This document shows, piece after piece, positions 33,598 through 47,100 of a stretch of 64,000 nt of DNA. The translations under genes and the position numbers were made by a program. The DNA is taken from IMG/VR virus record IMGVR_UViG_2831987924_000001. One strand, written 5' to 3'. How positions within the stretch are numbered: position 1 is the first letter of the stretch; the number at the start of each line of letters is the position of its first letter. Origin of the DNA: a virus. Its lineage: Duplodnaviria > Caudoviricetes. The notes under the pieces were generated by a model. That model worked only from the letters and a program-made list of their open reading frames with translations, made no database searches and was not told the origin of the DNA.

Positions 33598-34368
33598 TTA
33601 TAATTTATTTAATTCCGCAATTCTTTTATTAATCATGTCATCTATGTATGATTTATTAATTTCTGTAGCAACATAATTGCGTTTGTGTTTAATGCAACTA
33701 ATTATTTCACTCCCGCTTCCCGCAAATGGAATATAAACCAAATCACCTTCATTACTTGAACATAAGATGATTCTATCACATATCTCTAATGGTTTTTGAG
33801 TTTTATGTCCTACTGATTCTTTTTTCTTCCCAACTAAATTAGGAATATACCAAACATCATCAGGGACTTTTCCTTTTGGGTTTAAACGTTTATCCTTTTC
33901 AGCATATTTACTTTTAATTCTAATTTCATCTGGATTCCATGTATGATTATTAATATCATTAACACAATAAAATAAAGGTTCATGTGCTAATTTAAATTTT
34001 TTATTTGGTGATACCCCACCACTTCTATACCATATAATTCTATTTTTAATTGTAAAATATTTCTGTAATAACAAATCTATTTCAGCCCCAATTTCTTGTG
34101 AATTATAAAGCCAAAGAGAACCATTTGGTTTTAATAATCTTTTATATTCTTTAATATGCGTTTCCATAATATTTAAATAATCTTCTTTTGTTTTATATTC
34201 TAATCCAAAATCTAACTTCCCTGCATCACTAAATCCTTTCACATTATAGTAAGGTGGATCTACAATGATTAAATCAAAACCGTTAAAGTTATCAACGCCT
34301 ACTTCCAATCTTTTCATAAATTTTAAGCAATCTTCATTATATGTTTGATTTATTTTAAGCATACACAT
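33598..34368 (-). CDS. DNA methyltransferase, N6A/N4C beta class (paralog of 31308-32078)
   Basis: VDPPY, HKTQKP, PFAGSG. Confidence 0.92.
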   Translation of the reverse strand: MCMLKINQTYNEDCLKFMKRLEVGVDNFNGFDLIIVDPPYYNVKGFSDAGKLDFGLEYKTKEDYLNIMETHIKEYKRLLKPNGSLWLYNSQEIGAEIDLLLQKYFTIKNRIIWYRSGGVSPNKKFKLAHEPLFYCVNDINNHTWNPDEIRIKSKYAEKDKRLNPKGKVPDDVWYIPNLVGKKKESVGHKTQKPLEICDRIILCSSNEGDLVYIPFAGSGSEIISCIKHKRNYVATEINKSYIDDMINKRIAELNKL

Positions 34369-35599
34369 CCTCCTCTTTTAGTGCTGATTTATATTGATTA
34401 ACAAATGTTATAAATTGGGTAAAAGCTTGTTTGAAGTCTACTCTTCCTAATCGTGTAAAAGCTCGTTCCTCTTTAAAATTCATTTCAGAAGTTAATTCAA
34501 CTATTCTATAAAAATATCCACCAAAATCTATTTCAAATAATCCTAAAATAACTGTATTCTCATCAGAATAAATTAAATTTTGAATTGACTTATCAAATTC
34601 TTGTTCCGAAAACCATTTGATTGCTGCTTCTAATCGCTCTTTAGCTTCCTTTTTAGTTAATCCAGTTTCTTCCCAGTTACCCAATTTAGCAACGTATCCA
34701 TGTTTTAATGGTAATTTTTCTACAGTAATCATTTAAATCACTCCTTTATGTTTATTTTAATAAATAATTAATTTTCTACAAAACATGACTTTTATATAAT
34801 TCATCTTATTAAAACAAACATATAAGGATCGTCATTTTCATATTTAGTTTTTAGCATATTAACTATATTAACTATAATGCCCACATTTTAACTTCAATAC
34901 CATTCCGGCTTATTCCTACTAGTTTCTGATTTACGTTTCTCTTTTTCATTTAAACACTTTTCACAAAAGAAATAATCAATCCTTGTCCATTCAGTCATAC
35001 CTGTTGTTACATGGTATTCTTGTTTTTTTCTTGCAATCAAAATGAACATACTTATGATCACAAATCATGCACATTTTTCCTCCTTATTAAATTAATATCA
35101 ACCTATTAGATACTTTTTTCCACACCTTTTACAGACAAAACCATCTTTTCCGTCTTTCAAATAAGCATCGTGCCATAATAAGAAGCATATAAGTTTTTTA
35201 AACATTCTTTTCTCCCTTTCTTTTAATACAAATATACTATTACTTTAACAATGCTTTATATGCTAATAAAAAATATTTACCACAATCATTGACTAATATT
35301 TCATCTGGTACATCATTAATTTTACACAGTCTTATATGTTCAAAAAAATGATCTCTTTTTAATCCTAATCTAGTAATAATGGCTTTTAATGCTGTCTGTT
35401 GTGAGCTATCTGTATTAAAATAGGCAACAGCTTTTGAGTTATTTTTAATCTTATTAAGCAAATATTCAATATCACTATGTTTAAATCCAAATGTTTCAGC
35501 AACTGGTGCTACTCGTGGGTATTCTTTATATAAAGGATTTTCTGCAATATTCACATAATCATCTCCTAATAATTTCCATAAAACTCTGTTTTTAATCAA
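34355..35599 (-). CDS. Hypothetical genes (34355-34732, 35240-35599) with degraded ORFs between
   Basis: ORF track. Confidence 0.5.
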
Positions 35600-36009
35600 T
35601 TTTTATGTAGCGTGGATTTAAATATGCTTTAATCGCATTTTGTAATCCTTGATTAACTAACTCAATCGACTCTTTATTTAATTTATCATTTTCAAGAAGA
35701 TTAGCCCAAAATTTAATTTCTTCTTTAGGATCAGGCAACGTCTCGATTTTATTTTCAAAATTCATATTTATACATCCTTTTATAATTTTATTTAATCACT
35801 TTTCGATCAGTGTCTCAACTGCCACACCAAAGCTAAATACCGCCAACATCATCAATCCTAGAAATTGTACAACTGTTTTCGGATTATCATACCATCTCAA
35901 AGCAATAGCCATAAAAACAATGCTAAGAAAAAGAAAGAAATAAAACATCAATTCACCTCCTGTTATTATCTTTAATATTATTATAATTTATTTAATTAGG
36001 TTTGACAAG

Positions 36010-36918
36010 TTAAATTTGAAAATTTTCTTTCTTTAATAGCTCATAAATAAACTGTACACCATTCGGTTTTACTTTTGTTGTTGTAGTATGGAATGATTTA
36101 TTACCTTTATCAACTGGAACATCTGTCACATTAAAATAATCTTCATATCCTCGATTCGGATGATTTGTATACTTGCCATGACTTTTATTCTTGCTCAATA
36201 CACCCTTTAACCGCAAATAATTTGTCAATGCTTGAGCTGAAATTTTAATATTCATACCATACATTTCATTAGCTCTTGTTGAGATCATTTTAGCCACTTC
36301 AGTAAATGTGTATGTACCATTTGAAGCAATAAACTGACCCCAAGCATCAACCATAGGTTTTTGTTTTTCTAATTCCTCTTCTAATTGTTTGATATGTCGG
36401 TTTTTATATTCGTCATATTCCTTAATAGCTAAAGCTTTTTCTAAATCATCTTTGGCGCGAATAATATTTAAAAGCAATCGTTCTTCTTCATCAATTCCTT
36501 TTGTTTTCTGATTATCTGTCAATTCCTCTTGTTGATCAAGTAACGCAGCTCGTACACGTCTGGCAACAACTGAATCACGAAGTAGCATTCCAACATTCAA
36601 TAATGCACGTTTGGAAAACACTGTTACTGATCTTGCTCTTGTTTTTAATCCACTGAGTGACTTGATGTCACGCAGTTTCTCTCCACTGAGTGACACAGCT
36701 CCATTTTCCATTAATTCATCTTTATTACGGACATAAAGCTGGCGAATAACATCTTCACTTACTTCATACCATTCTGCAACCATCTTTGTTGTCATTAGTT
36801 CTGTATTAGGTAAAGTAAAAATTTTCCCAACTTTATCTAACACTTCTAAACGATTCATATATTTTTGACGTAAATCTTTATCCTCAACAAATTTATCAAT
36901 TGATACAACGTTACTCAT
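36010..36918 (-). CDS. Phage antirepressor (KilA-C/ANT-type C-terminus)
   Basis: VAEWYEV, LLRDSVVARRVR, QKPMVDAW...T.TEVAK...TKV..NG..FI. Confidence 0.78.
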   Translation of the reverse strand: MSNVVSIDKFVEDKDLRQKYMNRLEVLDKVGKIFTLPNTELMTTKMVAEWYEVSEDVIRQLYVRNKDELMENGAVSLSGEKLRDIKSLSGLKTRARSVTVFSKRALLNVGMLLRDSVVARRVRAALLDQQEELTDNQKTKGIDEEERLLLNIIRAKDDLEKALAIKEYDEYKNRHIKQLEEELEKQKPMVDAWGQFIASNGTYTFTEVAKMISTRANEMYGMNIKISAQALTNYLRLKGVLSKNKSHGKYTNHPNRGYEDYFNVTDVPVDKGNKSFHTTTTKVKPNGVQFIYELLKKENFQI

Positions 36919-37383
36919 TTTACCCTCTCCTTTTATATTAATTTATATAAATGCATTATTTTAATTAGTCTTCTTTTTAACTAATGTTTATATAATGTCA
37001 CAAATTAATCCTACCATTAAAAATATAAACCAATAAGAAGCAGTCGTTGTTTGCTTGTCAAATAATTCATTAATCCCCCTACTAGTCAATTCATCTATAT
37101 TAAATAATGATAGAAGCCAAGCTATAAACAAAGATCCTGATGTATTAATAATAATCACTACCTTTCAAATTCAAAATGTATTTTACTTGCCACTTTCAAT
37201 TCTGTTTTTAATATATCTCTCCAATCTATCTAAAACATTTTCTGCTACTTCAAAAAAGTAATCAATATGACTTCCTTTATTTTCATAGTATCTCTCCTTC
37301 AATGTTGCTAAATGTTTTTTCATTTCTTCAATTTCTTTAACCATTATTATTTACCTCCATTTCTCAATAGAATCGTTCATTTA

Positions 37384-40300
37384 TTAAGAAATAAAATCAA
37401 ACAATAGTTTTATCACATTCTTTTTTATTGATTGAGAAAATCCCAATGTATGCCCATTATGCACAGGTATATAAAGAATTTCCCCATGTTCATTCTCTTT
37501 TGCTAAATATTCTAAAACTCCATCATTCCCGATCACTTTCCAACCTTTATCTAAAAGTTCTTGTTTGCTTTTCTTCAATGCAAATCTCCACCTTTATTTA
37601 AAAGGATTCTTTCGTTCGATTATAACCAACTTCCGTATTTAAAGTTTCCTTTAACATGTATTTGATTATCAACTAACTCTACATCAAAATAAGGGAAGTA
37701 TTTTTGATATTTCAGTATCTCTTCATAAGTTTCATATGTGATTTTTTCTCCATACACTGTTTCACCAATTTTGACGCTAAATTTACATGGATTATCATGA
37801 TGTATACTCCAGCACCGTTCTAACACATTCTTTGTTGACTCATCAAATCTTTCCACTCCATAAAATCATCCCTTTGTATCCAAATAAAATGATTATTTGA
37901 CCGTTAGTAAATTCCCTACTACAATCATAATCATTATGCCGCTCCATATCACATAAGGCAACCAATCCATTTTACTTTCTTCTAAAATATCATCTATGTT
38001 TTTATTTGTCACTAAAAAATTATAATACATTTTTTCGAATCGCTTAATCATTATTTTATACACCTCTTATTATATATTTTATTTAATAAGGGAATCAATC
38101 AAATCTTAACAACCCTGTACTTCTCATTTGTTTTATACACCACAACATCATCCATAACTATAATCTTGACTTTTCTGAATTCCTTCTTTAATTCATTGAT
38201 AATTTGTACTCTCTCCTTGAAACTGCTATATGGAATTGCTCCACACACCATGTATATTCCTCCTTAATTATAATTTATTTACATAAACATATATTTCTAT
38301 AACGCCCCACCAAACAACAACGTTAAAAAGAAAGCAGAAAATACAACAGCAGCCCATCGTGTTTCTTTATCACATACCACTTCTTTAAACATTTCCATCA
38401 TGTTAACCACTCCTTATTATAATTTATTTTTAATATTTTTCCATTCTTCTTGGAGATAGTCACTGGAGACAACGCAATTTTCTCGATACCACTGAATAGC
38501 CTCTTCAAGATCAACTAATTTTTGCTTTTCATATTCAGTTAATTCATTGAACTCAATAATTCGCTGCAAATGTTTAATTTCATCAATAATGCCACGGTAT
38601 AAAAAACGTGATACGCTAAATGGTACATGAGGCATAGATATTCCCCTCTCTTTTAATTAAAATAATTTACCACCAAAACCACACAAACGTTTCACCTTCA
38701 ACAAACGGATCAACAATTTCTTTTTTAAAGTGCTCCCTACAATATTCTTCTGTATAAGGTATCAATTTTAATAATTTATCTTTTTCGAAAATGGTCATAA
38801 ATCCATTTTCATCTACATCGTCAGGCAGTACGGTCGTCCATTCCTTCATTCCTTTTCTCTGATAACCGACTTCTTCAACAAATACTCCAACCTCTGTTGC
38901 TTCATAAGTTTCGAATGGATAGTCAAAAGGAAACATAATTTTCTCATCTGTTTTTAGTGAAATGAAATATATACCATTCTCATCCGTCATTGTCCATTTG
39001 TAATTATTAAGATCTAAACCTCTTTTAATAAATGTATTTTCCCAATCAATATATCGTTCTTTTCGTTCAATTATTTTATCACCTAAAAATTGTTTAGCTT
39101 TTTCAGCGGCAATACCTTCGAACACATGAAATTCATCACTGCTATTGACAATTTTGTATAGATAAATGTCTAACCCCATTTCTTTCACTCCTTTTATATT
39201 TTTATTAAACGCCCGACACACAATCCATGTGAAAATGCATCGGGCGTGCTGTTATACGTTCCATAAAACTATTCTTTAATTATTTACTAACTCACGATAA
39301 ATCATTACATTGTTTGAAATAACATAAATATCATCACCGTTTTCAAGGCACACAACAAACTTATTGTCATCTTCTTGTATAATCTTTTCTATTTTTAAAT
39401 TACTATATTTATCTCCAACTGTAAGCGTCCAATAACTTTTTCCAACGCTTAAAATACGAAGGCTTTTTATAATTTTTTCTTGCATGGCGATACTCCTTTT
39501 GATTTAAATTTGCATAAAATCGAGAGTTTATTTGTTTTACATTTTCATCGTACTATGAATTAACACGTATTAAGCTACTTACTAACCACTTCTCTCCTCT
39601 TTTCTTTTTAGCTTCCTCGTCAATCCAATCGATATAAACAAAAGGATTATCGACTTTTTTTACTACGCCTTTGACATAATCTTCTTTTGTAGCAACAACA
39701 TCTCCTTTCATAAAATCAAAATTTATAACCGCGCCATTTATCATGGCTTTTTGCTGAACTCTATTCTTCTCCATTGCCTTTATACTCCTTCCTTCGCTTT
39801 ATGTGTCTAATTAGAATTAATAATTGAAAGTGATCGCATTGCCTCCTCAAACGTTTGCCAACTCTCTATAATAGCGCCAAGAGAAAGATCATAAATATCA
39901 TATTCTTCAATTATATACCCATCAACATCTATAATTTCTTCAACAATCATATGTGTTGGCGTTAAATGTTTTATGCTTTCTGAAATGATTTTTGCTCTCT
40001 CGTGCATTTGGAAATCATTCATTACAAAACCTCCTCTTTTTATTTAACATTGTTTATTTTTCTTTATCTGATATTTCCAGAATCTCCACAACATCAGAAT
40101 CAACATAATAACCATTTCCGTTGCATTCTGGACAATCCTCTTCAATAATTATACGATCAACAAGATTATTATATACTTCAACATATCCCTTACCATCACA
40201 AAATGTACATTTTACCTTATCCATTTACAACACCCTTTCCACATTAACTACTTCATCACACACTGGACAATAGGCTTTGTCGTTATCAATTTCTGTTGGC

Positions 40301-40687
40301 TCGCACTCTTCGCCGCAAATTGGACATTCGTGCAATACATAGCCGAATTCGGCGAATTCTTGAAGGAGATCAAGCATATCTTTCATATTCTACACCTTCC
40401 CTTGTTTTCTTGTTATTTAAATTTTAACACAAAACCAAAAATTAAATCAATTTTTATTTTTATAATTTGTTTATATTTTCTTCGAGAGTAGCAAATTCCT
40501 CTTCAATATACCTTGATGAAACGATACAATTTTCTTTGTACCAATTTACAGCTTCTTTGACATTTTGAAATAGTCGGAGATCGGTTTCAGTTAATCCTTG
40601 TTCGTTTTTGATTTGCGATTTAAGATATTGGATTTTATGAATGATTCCTGAATACAAACAGGCACAAACACCATAAGGTACGTTCAT
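37384..40687 (-). CDS. Cluster of small hypothetical genes, including paralogs 38417-38635 / 40460-40687 and two Cys-rich peptides at about 40057-40388
   Basis: ORFs with RBSs; CxxCxGxG repeats in the gene starting at 40224. Confidence 0.55.
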
Positions 40688-40792
40688 TTTAACACACTCC
40701 TTTTGATTTGTTTGATGATATTATAGCATGACTTGTTGTTAATTACAATATTTATTTTTATAATTTATTTAGATTTTATCCACTTTACCTAA

Positions 40793-40894
40793 TCTGAATT
40801 CATGCAAGATTATGGTCTGAATTCATGCAAAGGTAATAGACGATATGCAAACCTAAAAATTTAAAACTCAAAGCTAAATCTGAATTAGTGCAGC
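40793..40894. repeat. Three iteron-like repeats TCTGAATT(C/A)(A/G)TGCA
   Basis: Copies near 40793, 40816 and 40880, followed by an A-rich tract. Confidence 0.65.
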
Positions 40895-41024
40895 ACCAAA
40901 TCAGACCTAATAATAATATACATAAGAATATAATAACCATATAATAATCAATTAAGAATCAAATAAGAATCAGTAATACAATGCGCCCACGAAAAATCGT
41001 GAGCGCATTGGTAAAATTATGTAT

Positions 41025-41666
41025 TTACATTTTGTCTATATGTACATAATAATGATTATTATATTTTGTATAAATTAAATTATCGAATTCATCATATCCA
41101 TCTTCTTGTAATTTATGTTTTTTGATCGTAATTAATTTTTGTTTCTTTAGTATATCGTTATATTTCTTTATTGTATTAAAGTCAATACCTAATTCTTTAT
41201 GTATTGTTTCTTGACCAATAAAACAAAACTGTTTACTGATTACATCTTTTCTATTTATAAAACTTTCATAGTAATAAAGTAATCTATAACCAATCAATCC
41301 TATATACTCAACTTGATTAATTAATGATAAAGGTAACTGTGTAAATGATTTACTTTTAAATGGAAGAGGATTAAATGTTATTTTTAACGCTCCTTTAGTC
41401 GGAAGGCGTTTAATTTCCTCTTTTATAATTTCATATTTATATAATGTGTTTAATGATTTCTTTAACGTTCTATTATCACTAATAAACAACTTATGCATAA
41501 GGAATTTATGATCAATTTCTAAACAATCTTTATCTTGTTTGGGATTCCGAAAGTAAGCATGTTTAAGTAAAGCATAAACTCCAAAATCATAATGATTAAA
41601 ATCTACACATTGATTACGGATAATCTCATCGGGAATCTGGATATACATCTTCTTTTTATTCTCCAA
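41025..41666 (-). CDS. Tandem winged-helix protein (replication-initiator-like)
   Basis: Two units with IQIP/FTQLP starts and HTH patterns (QETIHKELGIDFNTIKKYNDILKKQKLI). Confidence 0.6.
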   Translation of the reverse strand: MENKKKMYIQIPDEIIRNQCVDFNHYDFGVYALLKHAYFRNPKQDKDCLEIDHKFLMHKLFISDNRTLKKSLNTLYKYEIIKEEIKRLPTKGALKITFNPLPFKSKSFTQLPLSLINQVEYIGLIGYRLLYYYESFINRKDVISKQFCFIGQETIHKELGIDFNTIKKYNDILKKQKLITIKKHKLQEDGYDEFDNLIYTKYNNHYYVHIDKM

Positions 41667-41721
41667 TCATATCACTCCATTTCACGTATTTTTTATTTCA
41701 CATCATTTCATAAAATACTGT

Positions 41722-41907
41722 TTAATTTTTAAAAATAGCTGTAAACTCTTTTAATGCCTGTTCTAATGTACTATCTTTCTCATATAACCAAAATTTCTCT
41801 AAAGTGTCCTCCCTAAGCGCTGCACATATGTATGGGATTTTCTTTTTATTATGTAAAAACTTATGTAATGTGGGTGAATAACAAAAATAATATTTACTTT
41901 TTTGCAT
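41722..41907 (-). CDS. Small DUF5659-like protein
   Basis: YFCYSPTLHKFL...KFWLY...LEQALKE pattern. Confidence 0.45.
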   Translation of the reverse strand: MQKSKYYFCYSPTLHKFLHNKKKIPYICAALREDTLEKFWLYEKDSTLEQALKEFTAIFKN

Positions 41908-42356
41908 AATCGCTTAACCTCCTATTTGCCTAACTTTTTAAGGCAACCGTATCTATATTTCACCTCCTTGTAAGGTTGCCAAAAAATACTCAATACTAAT
42001 GTAACATGAATTAAATTTACTTGTAAATATATTTTTATAATTTACTCAAAACAAAAAGGTTGATTATTTATCAGCCGCCAAACGATCTAATTTGACTTTT
42101 TCTTTAACAATCCTTTATAATCCATTTACACACCATTTCTTCACACTTTTAGTGGTGACAAAAGCGCACTCCTAAAATGGAATGCGCTTTTTTATTGTCG
42201 TTCTAATCAATATTTGTTACAATATTACTTGACATCTCAAAATCAACCGTCGTTCTTATGTTCCAAGCAAGAGTGTACCTATTATGGTACGCTTTTAATA
42301 TTTTATATTTTGCTTTAAATTAGTAGCATTTAAAGCAATTGACTATTATTAAATAA

Positions 42357-43182
42357 TTATTCATATAATCTTCCTAATAATTCTTTTTCCATATATTCCT
42401 TTAACAACTTTACAGTTTCTTCATATGTTTCATATTTTGTGTTATTGTATAGGTCAGTCATTTCTTCAGCAATTTTAAAGGCTAATTCTTTGTCATTGAG
42501 GTTTTCAAAAACAACATAATTTCTTTGATATTCTTTATCGCCAGTTAAGTATTCATTAATAATAAAATATTTATTTTCGTACTCTATAACTACATAACGA
42601 AATCTTTTATCATATGTGTAAAAGATTTCTTCCATTTTTTATATCAACTCCTTTAAAAGTGTGAATTTATTTTGTAACCCTAGAGGAGAACTCTAGGGCT
42701 TGTTATTGGTTGGTTATACATTTACTCTTGTAATAATTCTTTAAGCACCATTAAAATTTCTCCAATAATCATAACCGAAGCGTATTCTTGGGCTTTCTGA
42801 GCTTCTTTGAATCGTTCTTCGTACTCTTTGATTTTGTTTTCAATTTTTGTTTGTAAATCCATTTTATTTTCCTCCTTTTGATTCATTTAACTATATTATA
42901 CATTTGTTTTGTGTGTTAGTAAATAAACATTTTTTATATTTTATTAAAATGTTCAGCAAGTTAAACTATTGGCTGTTATGTAGTTTTATGCTTTTTCAAG
43001 TATTCGTTTTCATTAAGAAGGTAGCGAATAGTATTAATTAACGTCAACGATTTTTCTTCAATAAGTTTGCGAATGTGTTCATCTTGTATATATCTAAATG
43101 GATCGGTTAGTTCGAGAAAGAAAGTTTCAATTTTAGCTAATTCTTTACGGTCAGTGATGATTTTTGTTTCCATTGCACACAC
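42357..43182 (-). CDS. Small hypothetical genes (42357-42635, 42976-43182)
   Basis: ORFs with RBSs. Confidence 0.55.
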
Positions 43183-43284
43183 TCCTTTTAAAATGGCTAG
43201 TGATTTTAGAAAGTTTCTGTTATGTTAGATTTTCAAAAATAAGCCAGTGATTCAGAAGTTTGTCTGTTATGATAAAAAATGACA

Positions 43285-43740
43285 TTAATCTATTTTATAA
43301 ATCGTTACTTCATAATCTGCAAAAGCCTTATTTATTAAATTCCATACAATGTTCCAATCACCTCCAGCAAATCCACAGCCTAAACCATGAGGTAAAGCGA
43401 CAGTTAAATTATGTTTCTTTGCTTTCTGTTTAAGTGTTTCGAGTGCTTGAAATAGATGTTCATAATTCGTATATCTTTGACCTCTGCCATAATTAAATTG
43501 ACCGAACAAATTAGCAACATATTTATTTTCATTAACCTTTATTACTTGTACTGTACCTAGTAATATTTCTTTGTTGCTGTTATGCATGTTTACTAGCTGC
43601 TTATATTTTTCAAACACAATAGGATGTTTATTTCTAATCTTTGCTGCCAATCCAAAACCTATTACGCCCTGACAGTTGACTTGGTGTCATATGATGTTTT
43701 CGGTTGCTTGTAATAAGTCGCCTTTTACTTCTTTGATCAT
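43285..43740 (-). pseudogene. Macrodomain (ADP-ribose processing) protein with TGA at codon 18
   Basis: MIKEVKGDLLQATENII*HQVNCQGVIGFGLA...ANLFGQ...GCGFAGGDW. Confidence 0.85.
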
Positions 43741-44164
43741 TTTTTAACCTCCCAATAAAACATGGATTTTATTTAAAGTTTAAAGCATTTTAAATGCTTT
43801 TAGAAGCAAGTACATGAAACATTCATACTTAAAATAAGCCCATGATATTCTGTGAATCCTATTATTAAAGTTTACAAAAAATGACTGACAATATTTTCAT
43901 TGTGATGTTATGTTGAAAAGTGAGAACGAAAAACGTTTTAAGTAAAAGTCGCCATGATTTTTAAATCTCGCTGTTATGTTAAAAAAGTTAGTACGAAAAA
44001 CGAACACGGCTTAAAATATCGTAGCAACCTTCTTTGCTGCCTGTTATGTGGAAACGTCAATTTTAAGGCATAGGATGGCGTTTATGCGTTCGATTTAATT
44101 TGTAAATATTATTATATTTTCACACATAAACGCCATATAAGCCCGTTCGCCAGTAGTGGCGCTG

Positions 44165-47100
44165 TTATGATACTTTTTGACTTTCTTTATCCTGTTGCAC
44201 TAAATAAGCTATATATCGTTTTGCATCCTCTAATTTATCGGTTGACTTCATTTCATGAATTTCTCGATTGCCTTTAAATATTCTAAAACATCCCCACAAA
44301 CGAGCTGTCCAATAGTCCCCGTACATATAGACACGTTTACGCTCTTTATAGCCCATGTATTCGATTTCTTTTGTCATGACTGTAAATGTAAGTTCATTTT
44401 TTACACTCTCAACAGCTTCCTTTATACGTTGCTCTTTTTCTTTCTGTATTTCGTTCTTTGCTCTGTTAATAGTTGCATCTATTTGCTTTGTTAGTTCTAC
44501 GGACTCCTGTATTAACTTATCATATCGGCTTAGCGCTTTGTCATATTTGCGCTTATTTAAATTTCCGCGCCCGGTCACTGCCCACGATGGGTTCTCACTA
44601 CGATGACGCAATATTTTCACATAGTTGTCAAAATAACGCTTTTTAAATGACTGAAGGGACTTTTTAAGATAATACTTTATGCGCTCGTTGTCGGTTTGTT
44701 CTAGTAAGTCAATGACCTTGCTGTTATATTGAGTAAATAATTCTTGTATTTCCTTTGTGTGATCTCGTTTTTGAGTTCGAAAAATCCAACTTGCCGCATG
44801 TTCAGCTTCTTGTAGACGTTCATCAATGACATAAGTGTCTATATCGTCAATATTAATATCTGGATATGCTTCCCGTTCGCCTACATCTTGGCTGTTATGT
44901 GTATCGTATGAATGAATTAATACATAATCATTTAAAATGTCGCTGTCATATCCTTTGCCAATTTCTTCACCATTAGCACGAATAAGGAAATAAAACGGTT
45001 TTTGTTCGTCTAAATTGGTATTAATACACTCCAATAGTATAGAATCGCTATTTTTAGCTTTAAATAAGCATAAAGGCATTACATTATCCTTTTCTAGACG
45101 TTTTGACAATGTTTTTCGCTGTTCGTCTGTTAGTTCACTGTTATATGAATCAGACAGGAGCGACTGAACAAAATTAAGTCGCTCGTTTGTCTTTTTAGCA
45201 TACCAAAAACCTTGACGTGACCATTTGAAGCCGTATTGTTTCAATTGCTCCCGAATAGCTTCGCTTGGCTTTTCGGAAAAATAAAGTTCTATGCCGTTCT
45301 TTTCATCGTTGATTTTATAGGATACTTGTAGCGTTGTCGCTTGTTCGCTGTTATTGAGTATTTTGGCTTGTAAGTCTTCTAGTGATTCGTTTGCAGGCAT
45401 GTTATTGAGTTTTTTGGCTTCTTCTTGCATTGTGTCATGGTTCATTATGTCATGGTTGCTTTGTTCTTGTAAAATGCCTAGCTCGTGCATGTTGTTGCTG
45501 TTATTGAATTTTTGGGCTTCTTGTATAGTATCATTTACAGCTTTTTCTTTTTGTTCGTTGCCTAGCTTCTGTATGGTGTCGCTGTTATTGGTAAATTCAT
45601 GTAATAACTTAATACCATACACATGACGATCATAATAATCTAACTCATGACTAGAAAAGGCAAAAGAACCATCGAGAAGGAAAGACATATATAGGTCTTT
45701 GCCTTCATTCGTTTTCACATGTAAAACGGCTTGCTTTGCTTCATTTTGACGCTGATAGACAGCTACAAAGGTAAATTTGTCATTGTCTTTGTGACGGTTT
45801 AGAATCTCATTAATTTTAGCGTTTTGACATTCTGAAAGGTCTTCATGATAAAATAATACTTCTTGAAGCGGTTGTTCTTCTTCTGCTACTATTGCAGCTA
45901 TTTCGCTATTTCCCGCGCTGTTATTGCGTTCGCCCGACTGATCGCTTGGATCAGTCGGGCTTTTTGGTGTTTCATCATCATAGAGCATGTAAGTATCAAG
46001 AAAGTTTTTCCATGATTCACGGTCTGATTTTAAAGCGTTTAGATAGCTTTCATATTGTTCTTGTGTCCAGCTATAAGGTTTTTTCATTCCTGCCATTGTT
46101 AAAGCAAAGTTTTCAATATGCTCGGACAGTGGTGCGCTTTTGTATAAATCGCTTGCTTGTACATCAATACGTCCTTCGTATTTTCCACCGTCTTCCCATT
46201 CGACGCGGAAAGCTGTTTTGTCATATCCACCAGTGTCTTTTCTAAAAGCTATATCTTTTATAATTTTGTTAGCTTCTTCCCATGTTGTAACGGTTGTGTC
46301 GTCTTTAATTACTGGTGATTCAGACCATAAAAATGTAATTGATTTTACTTTAATTTTTTGCGTTTGTTCTTTTTCAGTTTGTAACCGTTCTTTTGCTTGT
46401 TGCGTGTTATCGTGTTCCGATTCGGTTACATATTCGGACTTTAGGATATTAAAAAGTTCGCTATTTTGTAAAGCATTAACGGCATTGTAAACGTCAATAG
46501 GTTGCACAAATGAATATTTGTTATTCTCTTTGACGTCATAGTAGGCATTTTGCAAAGTAACGATATAAGGTTTCAAGTCTGTCATACGCAGAGCGTCATT
46601 AAACGGTCTATTTGTTGCGATTAAATCAATAAGTGATTTATGGGCATTGTAAGCGTCCGCTAATGTTTCGACTTGTTGTGGATCTTGTTGCTCTTCCGAC
46701 TGTTCCGCTACTTCTTCCATTTGTTCTTTTGCCTCACCTGCTAACATTTTCGCGAATTGTAAACGATCAGCAGTTTGTTTTGCATACCATATTTTTTTGT
46801 ATTTACTCCAGCGAAAACCTTGCGCCTTTAGCTCGTTTCTTACTTCTTCACTTGGTATGCTTGTAAAAGAAATTTCGATGCCGTTTAATTGTTCGTTTAG
46901 TGTGTATTTAGCTTGTGCTTCTGAATGTCGCGGCTCTTGTTGGGCTTCTTTTGGTTGTTTCGGCTGTTCTTGTTGAGCTTCTTTTTGGCTCTCAAGTGCT
47001 TCTAAATACTCTAAATACATTTTTTCGGCTGTTTCGTTAAATGCTCTATAATAGCAAGCGCGGTCATTTAAATAAGATTCACCATAATTTGCGCGGACTT

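Noticed and set aside
14545-43740. Stop-codon reassignment as the cause of in-frame stops
   Set aside because: All three stop codons occur internally, frameshifts are also present, and TGA/TAG/TAA end intact genes normally
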